This document shows positions 40,601 to 60,281 of a stretch of DNA of 64,000 nucleotides, piece after piece. This DNA comes from Auanema rhodensis (Eukaryota > Animalia > Nematoda). Location: assembly GCA_964057225.1 (NCBI GenBank), contig OZ059898.1, positions 14,198,001 to 14,262,000 of the forward strand. The letters are read 5' to 3'. The notes under the pieces are model-generated. The model was not told the origin of the DNA and did not search any database. It saw only the letters and a list, made by a program, of their open reading frames with translations. The first letter of the stretch is position 1; every line of letters begins with the position of its first letter. Position numbers and translations under genes: made by a program.

Positions 40601-41356
40601 AAGAAAAAGTTTAAAGGTCTAAATAGCGTGGTTAGTTAAAAGTTTTCTTTCTCTTCTATCAATCTCACTATTTCCTGCTTATCCAATGAATGCTTCACCC
40701 TCGCCCTCTCACCTATAGTTAGAAGTCACGCTGATTGATTGACTGATAGCCAATCATACAAATGATCATTGAGCACAAAAAACTTGCTAAATAAATTCAA
40801 AACAGGTGCTAATTCAACGTAAAATGGAAAAAACTCATAGAAATGGATATAGATGTATATATAAGGGAAATATCATGAATTGCGAATAAATTGCTCAAAA
40901 CCTACGCAACATAACAGCGGACGCCATTCTTTCGCTGATCCACAGCATCCAAGAAAAGCCACAAAAATAACGGTCAGGCCTCCACCAACGAGAAGATACC
41001 CAATCTGTCGTACCGCAGTTGGTTTTGTGGCCTGTAATTCAACATGTTCTATATAACAACTTGACTAAGTTGACTAACTAAATCACGTAAACCAGCATTT
41101 TCTTCATAGCCTCGAACTTGGGCTGTAGCAAATGAAAGATTATCAATAGCATATTTGTCGAAAACAAGCCAACATCCAATGCCAACACAAACTATTCCAC
41201 AGACCTATAGAAAACAACAAAAAAAAATTATTATCCAGAAGATGATGATGAGTTATTGTAATTTGAACAATAAATTTCAATCAAACTGACCAAAAAAACT
41301 AAATTGAAGATGAACAAAGAGAACTTGAGAGCTCTGGCAGTACAGCTTAGTGCCAT
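37615..41356 (-). CDS. Tetraspanin (tsp-11-like)
   Basis: Spliced protein includes MALSCTARALKFSLFIFNLVFLVCG, AFLGCCGSAKEW, AWDKLMQEKNCCGV, FPPACC, GCYEKI and IQVFGIVVGFWLC. It has four TM segments and the CCG motif. Confidence 0.93.
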
Positions 41357-42365
41357 GACTGTTTATGAGATGCAACTGTTACACGGTGACTAATAAAATC
41401 ATCTGAAGTTTCAAAGTAATTTAGACGTTGAAATTGAAGGAAAAAGACAAAAAAACGGATATATAATAAGGTGCAACAGCAGAAGCAGCATTGTGGAGAG
41501 CGATGCCGAGCAATGAATTACTCAAGTAGTAAAGACATCAATGAAGATCAAAATTCTGAATGTAACACGAGAAGCTGTATTACTCCTGATGACAGGAAAT
41601 TAGGATGAAACATCAGAATTCTAACTGCTCCTTCTTAGTTTTCTTTTTCTCTCAAAAATTTTTGAGTTATAAGATAATCGGATGGAAGAGAATCGGAAGT
41701 AACAGCAGGCAGGTCTCTTACTCCCAGAAGACACAAGTCTCTAGGATTAAAGGAACAACTGTTGTGAGGACAATCAAAACGAGGTCGGATATAGTATAGC
41801 TTTCAAAGAAGATTCTTTTCCTTCTAGTTCCCAAAAAAAAACATTTTTTTATTAAAAAACTAGTAATTGAAGGAACAACAATCAGCTATCTGCATACAGG
41901 ATTGGGTTACCTCATCATCATTTGCAAATATTGCTTAGTTTACGGAAATCTTCAAAGATCTCAATGTTAGTATCAGATAAAACCTGGTGTGAAGGAAGGA
42001 AAACGGAAAGAATGGCTGATTCTTATGACAGCTGTACTTATGTTTATGTATTTTTCAGTTATGAAACTTCATACATTCCGTTAAGCAAAGGTTTTTCCTG
42101 AAGAAAGAAAAAAACTTTTTTTCTGTCAAGTTTAAAACATTTACGAGAAATTCAAACTTTTGATTGGCTTCAACATAGCTTTAGATTTATTTTGGAAGAA
42201 CAAAGTAGAGAAGACGTTTTTTTAATCGAAGAATACACAGACTGATAGGAAGACAAAGAGAAACGTCAAGCTTAAATGCTCTGCTACTGCTAATGTTCGT
42301 ATAAATCTGTTCGTTTGAAGGCGATGGAAGTCATAAACTGAATTAGCTACATCGTACCATATAAC

Positions 42366-42572
42366 ATGGATGAATATCCTTTGGTTCATTACGAGACGAC
42401 CACCATGAGGGTGCCGATTGATGCTGATTCTGCGTCTGCTACTACAGATGATGATATTCGTCGTGAGACAGTTAACGACGACTCCGAAGTTGATGACACG
42501 CAAACTGCAGCTTTGCTCATTCTAAAATCACTGGACGATCAAACTCATCAGTTGAAATTCAATTATGGTTGA
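42366..42572 (+). CDS. Possible short acidic ORF or terminal exon of an unknown gene
   Basis: 68-aa ORF with coding-like, higher-GC composition. No recognisable family and no clear upstream exons. Confidence 0.3.
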   Translation: MDEYPLVHYETTTMRVPIDADSASATTDDDIRRETVNDDSEVDDTQTAALLILKSLDDQTHQLKFNYG

Positions 42573-42614
42573 TGGATATGACATTATGAGATGGAAAGAA
42601 ATTCATAATATAGA

Positions 42615-42624
42615 AGAGAGAGAG

Positions 42625-42676
<52 letters not shown>

Positions 42677-42728
42677 AAAGAGAGAGAAAAAGAGAGAGAG
42701 AGAGAGAGAGAAAGAGAAAGAGAGAGAG
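42615..42728. repeat. Long imperfect (AG)n microsatellite
   Basis: More than 100 bp of purine GA tract. Confidence 0.95.
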
Positions 42729-43029
42729 AAAGAAGATACAATGTAAAACAAATGAGATTCAATAGATTATTTATTTATATTTCATAAAACAGCGACCCAT
42801 TATTGACATGTTGTACAAGTTTTGTTAGAATAATCTTGTAGTATGAAATATTAGTAGCTCTGTACAAAGTATATAATAAATCTTTTTTTCTGTTAAAACC
42901 ATCAACTTTACAATCGTCTTTACAGTCTATATTCACAAAAATGGAGAGCAAAACCATATAACTATGATATATGAAAATAGATATTCTGTAGTTTTGTCTT
43001 TTAGCACAGGGTAAGGGAAATTCTGTTGT

Positions 43030-46000
43030 TTAACGTTGGGCTTCGTTCAGAATTTGCAAAATTCTGATGAACAGGTTGATGATATCCATGTACAGGGTGA
43101 TGCAAGCAAGGATATAATCTTCAGGAGATAAGTGATTCATGATCATGTCCAGATCAATGACTAAGAGGAGACAGAAGATTCCAGCTCCAATGACATTGAT
43201 GGCGAAGTTGAATGCGGAGGACATGAAGAAGACCTGTAAGAACGATTATAAGGCTGATATGAGAAGCATGATAAATACCTGCAAAATGCTGGCCATCATG
43301 AGAACTCCGATTAAGCTGAAGCCCAAGGCATAATGTTTTACGAAATCTCTCTTCGATTGAAGAGTATAGAGGAAAAGGGAGAATACTATCACAGCAGTAA
43401 GAAGAACAGCTTCGATGATAATTTTGAGTTCGAATAAGCTGACTGAAAAAAAGAAAATTTTATTGAGTGAAGTTTGCTGAAGAAGGAAGGTATTCTTTTA
43501 AACTTTTAAACTCACCAACGCAACCAAGAGTTAAAGCTTGAACCGTAGTAAAGGAAGCCAAAAGAATATAATTAGTTGGAACATTGTGTGCATGGAAGTG
43601 AAGAGAGATGAGAAGACCAATAGAAGCAAATAAGCTGGGGAATACTACCCATGATCTGCAAAAAATGAAATTAGAATCTTAACATATGAATTAAAATTAT
43701 TATTATTATTAAACTTGTATGATATATATATATAAAGTTAATGTATATTATATATTCTGAATTATTTAGTTATTGAGCAGAAGATGCAAGAAAAATTATG
43801 ACAACAGACAGAGAAAAGATGATGGCTAAGTAGAAGAAACTAAAAGAGAGAGAGAGAGAGAGAGAGACTGAAGCATTTATAGAGAGAGAGGATGCAAAAT
43901 GAAGGTCGAAGATGATGTAAGCTCTGGGAAGATGTAGTATCACGCAATAATGGTCTTTATTATGATTTCCCATGTTCGATCTCTAACATTTGATAGATGT
44001 ATAAAAGCCTATGCTGCTGTCTGGAGGTCTGGTATATCTCAGAGTTCTATTTACGATCATGTTTTTATTTTTAACTCGTATTCTCTCACGTTTTCGCAGG
44101 TTATAGCACTTCCATGGAGGTCCGTGTAGAACGCGACTTCAATATTTTTCAATTGCGTTATAAAAGTTTGCCACCATTGACAGAACAACCAGGCTTTTCC
44201 TCGAAAACAGAAAAGGTCACCGCGATAGCGTGATGGTCTTTCCGATTTGGGTGCAACCTCTAGCCAAAAGCACATGTGATTCTAATTCTAGGAGCTACAC
44301 GTAAATAGGGAAGAAAATCCCGGAGCCATCCTTCTCTTAATCCCATTTTCTTAGATCAATGGTCTCTTCTACACTGGGTCCCTGCTTCTGAATTGCTCTC
44401 ATCCTTCCGTCTTCCAAATAAATTAGTAACATCTGCCGTAACTCAATCGTGTTCCTTCCATTTTCCACATTTTGCATCATTCCATGATACAGCCTTTTCC
44501 TTTATTTTGACGAACAGCAGCAGCGGCACCCATATTCTTCCATAAGCTTTACACCGTCATTCTGATCTGTCAACCAACCAAAAAGCGACCAAAACATCAT
44601 TTAATGAGTCAAATGACTCTGAGCTTTAAAAAGGCACTTAAACCACTTACTTACGAGAATAACTAGGTGCCGAAAGCAATATATTGTGGTAAAAGGCAGT
44701 TTATTTCGTTCAACATATGTTCAAAGCAATATCTTCACCTCTCTTTCTCTGCCCATATCAATTCTACTAACATATATCATAACGGAAGTCACGCAAATAG
44801 AGATCCATTCAGTTAGTTTCCCTTATATGATCCTCTTCTTCTTCTTCTACTTCTTCTTCTACTTCTTCTTCTACTTCTTCTTCTTCTTCTTCTTCTTTTT
44901 CTAGTTCTTTTCTACTTTTTCTTCTCATCTATGTCTCTCTCTTTTTCTTTTTTTTTTCTAAAGAGTTGTTAGTCTACACTGCCGCCAGCTCCCTCTATCC
45001 GTATTTGCCCTTTCCATTGAAGCTAGTGTGGTATATTCTTCCTATTTCTTTTTATCTTTCTTTTTTTGTTGCATATATTCATCTATGGCTCCAAGATTGA
45101 CCTTAATAATCGGCTTTTTACTTATCAGACCACGGTTATGATAACCTTTAAACCAAAATTGCAACTTTTCACTTATCAAACACATAAGCTCTGTACTTAC
45201 AGCTATAATACTTTTATATTTTTCAACGTGTGATAAGACGATTATATGACCCTTTAGATAATCTCAATGAAATCAGCAAAAGTCGGTGTCGCTCGGCAAA
45301 TCGAAAAAAAAGAGAAACCGGTAGCTACCGGAAGAAAGTCATCCACATCATCAAAAGGAACTCTACATTCTGCTAGAAGTAATGAAGACAAAGAAACTTA
45401 TACCAGGTTTTTTTTCTGTCATAAGGTCACTGATACAAAAATTCTTCAAATTATTAGGAAAGAGCTTAAAGAATATCGACAACTATTCAATATGTTTGAC
45501 ACTGATGGATCAGGAGCGATTGGTGAATCATTCATTTTATAAAAAGTTGTTAAGTCATTTGCAACCTTTATAGGCAACGAAGAACTTAAACAAGCTATGT
45601 TGAGTATAGGAATGCATGCAAATGAATCAGAAATTGATAATGTTATAAGAGAGGTGATATAAACGTTTTCGATTAGCTTAAAAGGAAATACATCTTAAAC
45701 GTTTACTAAGCTTATAAGTTTACCATTCATGTTATAAAGCTGTTAGTATACGCACTATGAATGAAATCATTTTGATTTTAAAAACAGAAAAATGAAACAT
45801 CAATGACTCATAATCCCTGATTTATCTTTTGCCCTTTTTAACGATCATAATAATTTTGTTGTTTCAGGTTGATGCCGATGGTAACGGTGAAATAGATTTT
45901 GAAGAATTTTGTGCTTGCATGAAGAAATCGCAAAGTATAGTTAAATCTACCAATGAGGAACTAATAAAGGAATGTTTCGAAATTTTCGACCAAGATCGTA

Positions 46001-46874
46001 ATGGAATTATCACTGAAAACGAATTTAAAGTGGAAGAACCTATGAAACTTCAATGAACTCCATTTTTTTCAGTATGTGGCTAAAGAATTTGGAGATTTTA
46101 ATGATGAACTAGCAGAAAAGGTATTCAGAGAATTAGATGTTTCTGCCAATGGACACTTGTCAGCTGATCAATTTGCAACAATTGTAGAAGATTATCTATT
46201 ATCTGAGCCTTTTCCTAGGCTTGAAGAACTTCAGGTCAATGAAGGAGTTTAAGTTAGTAGTTTTTATAATATTTTTGTAGTTTTTAAAATATTTTAGAGT
46301 CCGAAAATGGGAATTTACGAAGCAGAAACGGACAAATCCTCTTCAAAACAATGTAGTTTATATAAAAATAAATTGTTTTTACTAAAATAACTTACTGTGT
46401 TTTTACAAACTCTTGAACACCAGGAGTGGCATATAAAGCTGTACAAATGGCTGTTGTGAGAATAATTTGGAATGACAAAATACCGAAGACTTTTCTAAGA
46501 AATCCTGCAACAAGTGCATTTTTAAAATCCGATAAAAAAGCTTGAGAATTACCTAAGCGGATTGAGACTTTCTCACTGGCAACTGTTCCCATTTTGGCAT
46601 TCAAATTTCTGCCAATCATGTCACGAGGCCATAAGTTAGAAGGCTCGGTTCTAAAAATAAAATTAATTAATATCGAAGGTTAAGCTTTGGATTAAGTTGA
46701 TTGAAGTTGATTATTTGCTTCGTGATTACAAAGATGGATTAATACTCACCTGACCTCATCCTCTTCTCGGTCACTATCTAACAAACCAGCCTAAATAATT
46801 AAAGGATAAACTAAAGCATTTATTGGAAAACAAACCTCAGCATCATCTCTATGATACGTACGAATTGAAGTCAT
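43030..46874 (-). CDS. tmbi-4: Transmembrane BAX inhibitor motif protein 4 (TMBIM4/GAAP/Lifeguard-4)
   Basis: Motifs [39 protein letters not shown] and [28 protein letters not shown]. Large intron at about 43656-46394. Confidence 0.92.
44833..44897. repeat. (TTC)n / TTCTAC repeat
   Basis: Tandem CTT units with periodic CTA. Confidence 0.9.
45267..46252 (+). CDS. Calmodulin-like four-EF-hand protein nested antisense in the tmbi-4 intron, 5 exons
   Basis: EF loops [36 protein letters not shown] and degenerate [12 protein letters not shown]. Basic N-terminal extension. AATAAA near 46367. Confidence 0.92.
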
Positions 46875-47592
46875 TCTCGTTATGGAGAACAAGGTTCAAT
46901 AATCCTGCAAGCATTAGAAATATATATTGATTGAAAAAATAACGAAATGAAAGCCATGAGACAAAACAACAAACAAAAGGAAATAAACTTCAAAACAAAT
47001 TGTTTGTTAGGAGCTTTATGGTTCATTTTAGTTGATTACTCGATGTGAAACGGTAAGCCACATCATACGACACCCCAACGGGCCAATCGATAAAAAGCAC
47101 GCACACAAAACGCTTGGACATATTTTATTTTTTCATTGTTCTGTAGATATTACCATTGGTGTTCATGCTACACTTTCAAACAGTATGACATTTCAATTGA
47201 AGTATTAATATATTTATAAATCAAACAACAAGAAAAAAGAAAACATTCTCAGCAAAGGCATATTTCAGATATGAATGTATAACCATAATGTCTCAAGTGA
47301 AAATAGAAAGGAAAACCTGGGAAGATTCGTTACATAGAGATATGTTAAAACTATAGAAACTTGTGAGAGAAAAAAAATGTTACAACATTGTAAAAACAGA
47401 ACAATGATAAGTCTCCAATTACCAAATAATTTGGCAAGAATTAATATAACCTAATTCGTCTATGTTAGGATCAACATACACGGACAATGTAAGGAAATTT
47501 CAAAACAGACATGTTAAACGGTTAGCAAAATATAAAAAAGAAGACTGAACGAAAACACATATATGTATAGAGATGTTTAAAAATTATAAAGC

Positions 47593-49896
47593 CTACAGAG
47601 TTGGCATGGCAGCCTTCTCCGCTTTCTTCTGGTAATATGGAATGGCGAAAAGCATCAAACCGGAAATCTGAAACACGTTAGTTATATATAGAATAATATA
47701 TATAAACACTTACAAGAAGATTAACACCGCAGAAAGCGAATGAGTAGTTGTAACTTCCGAACCAATCGGCTAAATAACCAGCAACTGGTGGTCCGAAGAC
47801 AGTTCCTACTCCTTGCCAGAGCAATAAGAGACCGAAAGCATTGGTAAGCTTTTCTAGACCTAATAAGTCCACCAAAATCACACTGGTCAAGCAAATGTAG
47901 GAAGCAATAGAGAATCCGAAAAGACCAGCATATGTGGCCAAAGGTATAAACGAGTCAAATTTGTAAACGAAGAGGGTCAAGATTCCACAGATCTGTAATT
48001 AAGAGGTTATAAGTGCTTTTGTTTTTGTTTATTTACAGAAAGAGAAATATTGTAGATCCATAGTCTGTTTCTGGCAGTATCTTCACCCAAACCATATGGA
48101 AGTGGAAGCTTATGATCCGCTACTACTCCAAATACAACACGACCCAAAGTGTTGAACAGTCCTGAACATATTACGATAACGACCAAAAAAAGAGGATTAA
48201 AACCAACCAAAGGAAGATAAAACTTTGGGAGCATTTTCCTTGGAAATATTGAGTTTGGAAGCATGAAGTGGAAGGAAGAAAAGGGGTGAGTTGAATCCAA
48301 CAGATGTCAACAGATTAGAAACAGCGAAGAGAAGGAAAGCAGGCTCCAAAAGAAGAGAGAGCGAAAGCATCTTAGAGATTGTCCTAAACGATAATAGTTA
48401 AACTAATAAAAACCACGGTATTATTTTACTTGAACATATTACGTCCTCCGGTGTTATCTGTGGTTTCAGAATCTTCGCTACCTTCGCGAACCTTGTCCAA
48501 TTTTGTAGCTGACAAAGTGTGCTCCTTTCTCTTATGAAGAGAACCAGTTGATCTTAATATACCAGATTCAAGAGGATTGGAGTTTTTATAAAGTCCAACC
48601 TGTACTTATCAGGATCTTCCTTGAATTCAGCAACATTTGTGATAGATCCAGTGAAGAAAACATCTTTTCTGTTTAGGTAACCTCCCTCCATTTCGGAAAC
48701 AGTTCCGGTACGAGAACGGGGACGTAGGTGATTATCATCTGAAAACAAGCATATATTTGCCTAATTAATCTTATTTGAACAATACCTCCTTGCTCAGCGT
48801 CAGAATTAACGTCTTTAAGCGATTTTCCTCCATGAAGACTGTTTCCAGCGCTGGAACGAGAGCTAGTTCTAGTTCTGTTCTGCGGTGGAGCCAAAAGTGC
48901 AGCATTTTCCTAAAGGTCAATCGTGGTTTGTCAGCAAACAAGACGTCATGCGAACCTCAGCTGCAGCTCCCTCAGCTTCTTTAGTCTTAACATCAAGTTC
49001 TATTTCATCATTCGTAACTTCCTGGAACTTCAATGGTCGGAATGTGTATCCGCAAAAACCACATAGAATCAAAACAACTGAAAATAAGAAGTTCCCTCCA
49101 CATTATCGGTTCGTAATCAAATTACCCAAGAAAGCCAAAAATACGGCTCTCCATCCATAATTTGCGATGATGAAAGCGTTAATGGGAGAGAAAAGAACAG
49201 TTCCTACTCCTGCTCCAGCTACGGCAACTCCTGTAGCTAATGAACGATACCTTGAAAATTCAACAATCAAAAGATGAACTTCAATGATAAGAATAAAGAA
49301 ACTAACTTCTCAAAGTACATTGTAACAATTACGATAGCAGGACAGTACATGAGTCCAAATCCAAAACCCATCACAACTCCTACGCTAATAATAATGTGCC
49401 ACATTTCAGTTGCGAAGTAAGAAAGTCCACAACTACAAGGAACAAATTGAAAATATGAACCCTGATGTTTTCATGATTACCCAACGAAAGCTACTGCAGA
49501 TCCTAGGATAGTAGTTGCTCTACATCCATACTTATTACAAACAGCAGAAGCAATAGGTCCACATCCAAGTGTCAATCCTGTGAGAAGTGAGATAATCAAT
49601 GAAGAAATTGTGTTATCTGCTTCGAACTCCTGAAAAAAATGAACTCGTACACACGCACTCATGGCCACTACATAATCATAATTTATCTCCCTCTTAGAAG
49701 ACAATGCCCTCTGCGACCAAACATCTGTTCAGATACTTACCACCATTAATGTTTCTACCAAAACTCCGAATGAATATACGAATCCATCAGCAAAGACATG
49801 AATAAAGAAGGATCCCAATACAACAACCCATCCCCAACCTCCATCAGGAGGTAGAGGAACTAGCTTGCCTGTATTCCCAGACGGGGTGCCAGTCAT
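47593..49896 (-). CDS. Monocarboxylate transporter (SLC16/MFS)
   Basis: Motifs PPDGGWGWVVVLGSF, YFERYRSLATGVAVAGAGVG, NYGWRA, YLNRKDVFFTGSI, ILVDLLGLEKLTNAFG and GPPVAGYLAD. Confidence 0.94.
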
Positions 49897-52043
49897 CCTA
49901 CAATGAATCACTTTGAAAAGTATAGTAGTGGAGTATGAAAAATTATTAAATTCGGAACAAAAAACGAATGGCATGACACAACAGAAAGAAATAACTTAGA
50001 ATATGAATGAACGGCTATTCGTGTGAGAGAATCAAAATAATGTGCGAAGAATTCATGTTACAAGGTTGATATGAACCATAGACAAAACCTTTAGGCAGAG
50101 AAAATGATAAATTACAAGTGGAAAATTGTCCAGCTGATAAGGTGATCCGTCGTCATGCAACCAAGACAGAAATGAAAACCCAGAATTGCCAGCAACACAT
50201 TCTTGTGGCAGTTCCAGGGTAAAAAACTATAGCAATAAAATTATTACGATTGAAATAGGTGCAGATAGCATGAAAATTATTGCTGTATAGTAGAGAGGAG
50301 TAGAATTTGCAAAAGATATTGATAGACTACATTTTCTCCATATTAAACATCTTAGCTCAATACTACTACTCAGAACAGCATAAACGAAGCGAAAGAGTGA
50401 GTTGAACAACAGCTGAGAGGGATAATGAAAACGCGTGATGATGTTTTATAGAGGAGAACGGTGAGATAAATCGACTAAATGAATGACAGAAAATAGTTTA
50501 TCAAAGCGCGAGCGATGTTAATGACAACGATGTTGCTGGCCGATCAGTTTACGTGAATGTTGTCAGGAATCTGTCAACCTCGGAAATTTCGAAAACCATT
50601 ATGAACTGAGTTAAAGAGGGAGACTGCGGTAAATTATAAAGCAGTAATTCTTATGAAACATTAATCGCACATTTAATAGAACTTACGCCGAGAAAGAGAT
50701 CTCACCTAGGCGTTAAATGATTAATTACTGTTCCAAGGTTAGATTCCTCAAAAGCATCAATCACTCTTTTGGCTATCGGCACATTATCTAGGGCTAAAAT
50801 CATGAGGACAGACTTAGAAAAAAAGTTACTGTAAAAATTAAAAGTATTTAATGATGAACATGTTTCTAGTGAACAAAAATGATAATAATTTCCTATCAGT
50901 TATTAGAAAATCGTAAACGTTCGCGATAAGAAAATACAGGTAGCGAGAATCAAGTTAACAGTTTTATGACGGGGCAATTTGAGAGCATAAGTACAAGTTA
51001 TATGAACTAAATTACATGTCCTCTATTCTCAAGACATAAAAGACAGCTATCCATTACGAAAGATAAACATTACTACAGATGAAGAAATGTGAAGAAAAAG
51101 GCGAGACATATCCAGATAACAAATAATGTTCAGATGAACGGAAGAGTGAGGGTACAACAAGAAGGAAGACAACTACGAGATGTAAGGAAGGACAAGGAAG
51201 AATGAACGGAAAGATCTCCCATTCTTTTTATTCTTTTCTTTCTATCATAAAATACTACAACAGCTTACTTAGTACTACTGGGGGAGGAAAATGATTACTC
51301 AGACAAAAACACGACTATGCAGCTGTTGCTATGAGGACGTTTAGGTCAGGCGACGACCGTGAGTATAGCCATCAGCTGTTGGTCCAGGCTAAACAAAAGA
51401 TATTTGGCATGCGACAAAAAAGGTTCGATTAGCACAGGTCATCAAGGAGACGAAAGCAACCGCTTGTTGATATGGTGATCAGATAAAATAACTAGATACG
51501 TGCACTTGCAGGCAAATTTGCATAAGATTCAAAACATATATGTGCAATAAAAACGCAGCCATAAGTAAACAGCAGGTGCATATGAGAGTTAAACGGCAAA
51601 ATGAGTGTATATAAGAGATAAAACTGCCCTCCCACTGAGCCTGCTGACTTTTCCTGACTTTGTACTGAAATAGACACTGGGAGAAATGTTTGAAAATGAA
51701 TTTAGACGAAATTATATTGGAGCAAAGAGTGATTCTACGCCTATTTTCAGCAAAGAATGAAAAGGGGAGGTGGGGACACAAAATGAAAGGGACCGCCCCG
51801 CCCACTAGTAAGGCTCCTCGAGCCATGTGAGATTGATGAAAGCTGATGCAATAGACGACTTTTCAAAAGATGAAGAGGATGACGATGATTTTAAGGTATT
51901 TTGAACACAATTCCATGAAATTGTCTTTGAAAAGGGCACGCGGGAATTGAGGTCGTTGAAGTAAGATATTGATTTGCTCGAATGCAATTAGAAAAAAAAC
52001 GAAACAACAAATTCTTTATAACTAGTAATAAAACAACAAATAA

Positions 52044-53527
52044 CTATAACAACAGAAGAGGATTTAACAACGAAACGTCAGATACTTCTTTTGTCAAATT
52101 CTGACAAGTCGGACATAAACTTGAAGAGTTTTCAGCCCCGTTTATATAACAGAGACCACATATTTTCTGCGGTGTCAGCAAATGAAGCTTTCCTGCTGTG
52201 CTTAGGACGGTTGTTATTGTTGACTAAACGAACACGAATGAGGGATGCAAATACCCATAACCAACGAAGAAAAATCTGATTTCCTCACCTTATATCCCTC
52301 CGAAAACAAATTGTCCACGAACCTACTAGTCGCCGCTTGAATCGACCGCTCTATGGGAAGTTTCGCATCCTGAAACTTGCATTTGAACTTTTATAAGAGC
52401 ACAATTTCAAAAATATCACAAATTTAAACTTACTTTTGTTAGAATTATGACATCTTTTTCGTAATTTTTCAAATGATTAACTATAGTTAATTCTTTTATA
52501 CTAATATCACGCAATGGCCTAACGAACCACACTTTGTTTGCTCTTTTATCCACTACAGCTGTTAGTTCCGAAACTGCTGGACCTAAAAATGAAATTATCT
52601 CCGTTGAAAAGCTAAGAATATTGGCTCTCTAGACCTCTTCCTAGGCACATCTGGGCCAATGTTAAGCGACCAAGATAGTCTCCGTTTTCTGGCAAAAGTA
52701 CCTGACAATGGCTTCAAATATAAGAAATGCCTTATAAAAACAAATGAAACCTTAGTGATAGAAAGGGCTTCCGCTACTTGTATGCAAGTTTTCTCGCGTA
52801 ATATTCTCAATATTTCGCGTCTTGATGTCAGAGTTCGAAAAGAGTCCAAGAGCATATGAAGGGCATTAATCTGAAATTCATCTCATGGCTCGGTTTGCAT
52901 AGAGTATTGGTGGGAAAAAAAAGCCCAGACCTGTTGCACTCCTTGGCAACTTTCACTTTGTTCAAAGCTTTGTGTTCCTAGAGCAGAAGCTACATGGACT
53001 ATATACCAAGGCACTGAAGGTAGTATTGACCTGATCTCTTTCACTCTTTCTTCAACTTTCGTAATGGCTTCATGATCCATTTCGGAAATTAAAACTAAGA
53101 TCTGGAAGCATACAGCATATACAAACTTTGATAAGTTTCATGTCTACCGTTGGATTAATCATCAACTTTTTGTATTGCGATTGCTCCATAGATTCCTTTA
53201 CTTGATGTAAAAGAAAAACAGCAGATTTGGTACCGTCGAAAACAATAACAGCATTGTGTGATTCGCCATCCCGAAATAGAAATAAAATATAACCACAAAA
53301 GAAAAAGAATGAAGATTAGAAATTAGTCTTACTCACTTTAAAAATTCTCTTTTTACTGATAGATGAACGGAATTTGTGTGTCACCATTTGAATGAAACAT
53401 GGTTTACAATATACGGCTTTTTTCACGTCAACCCCTTAAAACATATTTTGAATTAGAAGTATAAAAATGGGAAGTAACCTGCCAAACAAGCTATTTCAGG
53501 ACATTTCACACATTTTTTTTCCGACAT
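52044..53527 (-). CDS. CTU2: Cytoplasmic tRNA 2-thiolation protein 2
   Basis: MSEKKCVKC..YCKPCFIQMVTHKFRSSISKKRIF, ARLSQLVLGRG-like segment, IRPLRD, SIQAATSRFVDNL..STITTVLSTAGKL and C-terminal CGLC..LCPTC. Confidence 0.88.
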
Positions 53528-53876
53528 CCTAATATTTCAACTTTACTACGTTATCTAACATCAATGAAAGTTTTAGCGGTATTCTTGCAAGCAAACAGAA
53601 AATTCAAAAAAAAAAATCCCATGTACATAAAAATTTATCTACAAAGTGTAACATCGCATTCGCCAGAAAAAAAACTATATACAGGAATAACAACGTGATT
53701 ATCAAACTATATTCCAAAACTAATTTAACTCTACATCACATTAGTATAAACTTTATGAAACTTAAAACAAGAAAATCACGAGCACGTGGTCCAAATAATG
53801 AAAATGAACCAAAAAGTTCTACTCTTTGGAGCATTGGTAACTTTTTCGACTGCGTATGTAAATATATCAAACTCAT

Positions 53877-57388
<3,512 letters not shown>

Positions 57389-58192
57389 TGTGTCCACTCA
57401 GAACCTAGATATCATAAACAATTGCTTAGCTTAAATGTTTATAAAACACTCACCTCTGTTCCAGCTACTCTTGTTCTCGTTGCTTGAGTTTTGTTGTAAT
57501 AGAAAGTTGAATCAATTGTCATGCACCTCCATTTTGTTCGGAAATATGCGAGGATTAGAGTGTCCGTCCTCTACATCGACAACGATGTATTGATCTAAAT
57601 ACTGTTCTATTTGCTCGTTTGACTGATGTCCATGTTTGCAGATCAAAGTTATCAAAATGCCAAATTGTTTATTTCAAAATGTCCACAGATTTCCACGTAA
57701 TAGGGAAAGACCCGGTTTTCCGATGGATCGTTCGAATAATTAGATGCGTTGTTGTAATCGTCTCCCGGACGGTTCTCCGACGCTCTCGAATTCTATTTGC
57801 ATATTATTAGCCTCATTACGCCTTTGTGTTGTTACAGGTTTTATCTTTGCGTTTTCATAACCACTTTTTTTCCATGACTTGCTCAGTTATCTTCTTACGG
57901 GTGGTCATCCCATGTACATAGGTGCAAAATCTATACTTAGAAATCTATCGTGTGACTTATTTATCTCGAGAATTAAAGTCCACTATTTTCAGTTTGAGTA
58001 TTCTGATTGTAACTGAAATAATCAAACGCCCTAGAATGCATATCGATCTCCCTTATCTTTCTTTAATACTCTTGATAAACTCATTTTTTCCTTATTCTTC
58101 TGATTCTTCATTGAATAATCTTGTTACTTCGCTAGTGGTTTTATATTCTTCTTCAATTATTGTATTGTTTCAGCTTAACCTATTCGGTAACC

Positions 58193-59816
<1,624 letters not shown>

Positions 59817-60281
59817 AAGCTTCACAATTCTGTTTATTATTAGAGGAAGCATGATTTATATTAAGTCAGTAAATAGGACTAAACTAACATTTTTGTATTT
59901 AAAACTAATTTATTTTACCTCATCCTACTATTGACCCTGTGAGTTGTAGGCTTTGTATTTAGTCTTTGTAATATCTTAAGCTGCAATATTCTTTAGTATA
60001 AATGTACATTATCTAATTGTTTATTGCTTCTTATAGAAATGCTATTTAAATATTTCTGTTCTTACAGCCAAGCCAAGAAATACCATATAATTCACAAAAT
60101 TTAGTAATAACATGGGTAAGTGAAAAGAGTTACTATACGGAATGATGGGTTCCGTTAAAATTATGTAGCTGAGAGGTTGTACAGGATGACGTGCCTAATG
60201 TTCTCAATAAGGATGATCACCAAAATAAAAAAATGAATGAAATTCACTAATATTACAGGAATATGTAGGGAGAATGCAGAT

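Noticed and set aside
42559-42765. SLSLSL/ERERER/poly-F/poly-M ORFs here and elsewhere in the track
   Set aside because: These are translations of microsatellites.
51320-51378. Imperfect stem bounded by CAGCTG sites
   Set aside because: Pairing relies on palindromic E-boxes, and there are no convincing snoRNA or miRNA features.
36968-53527. Functional link between tRNA-Val(UAC) and CTU2
   Set aside because: CTU1/CTU2 thiolate Lys, Glu and Gln tRNAs rather than Val, and the genes are 15 kb apart.
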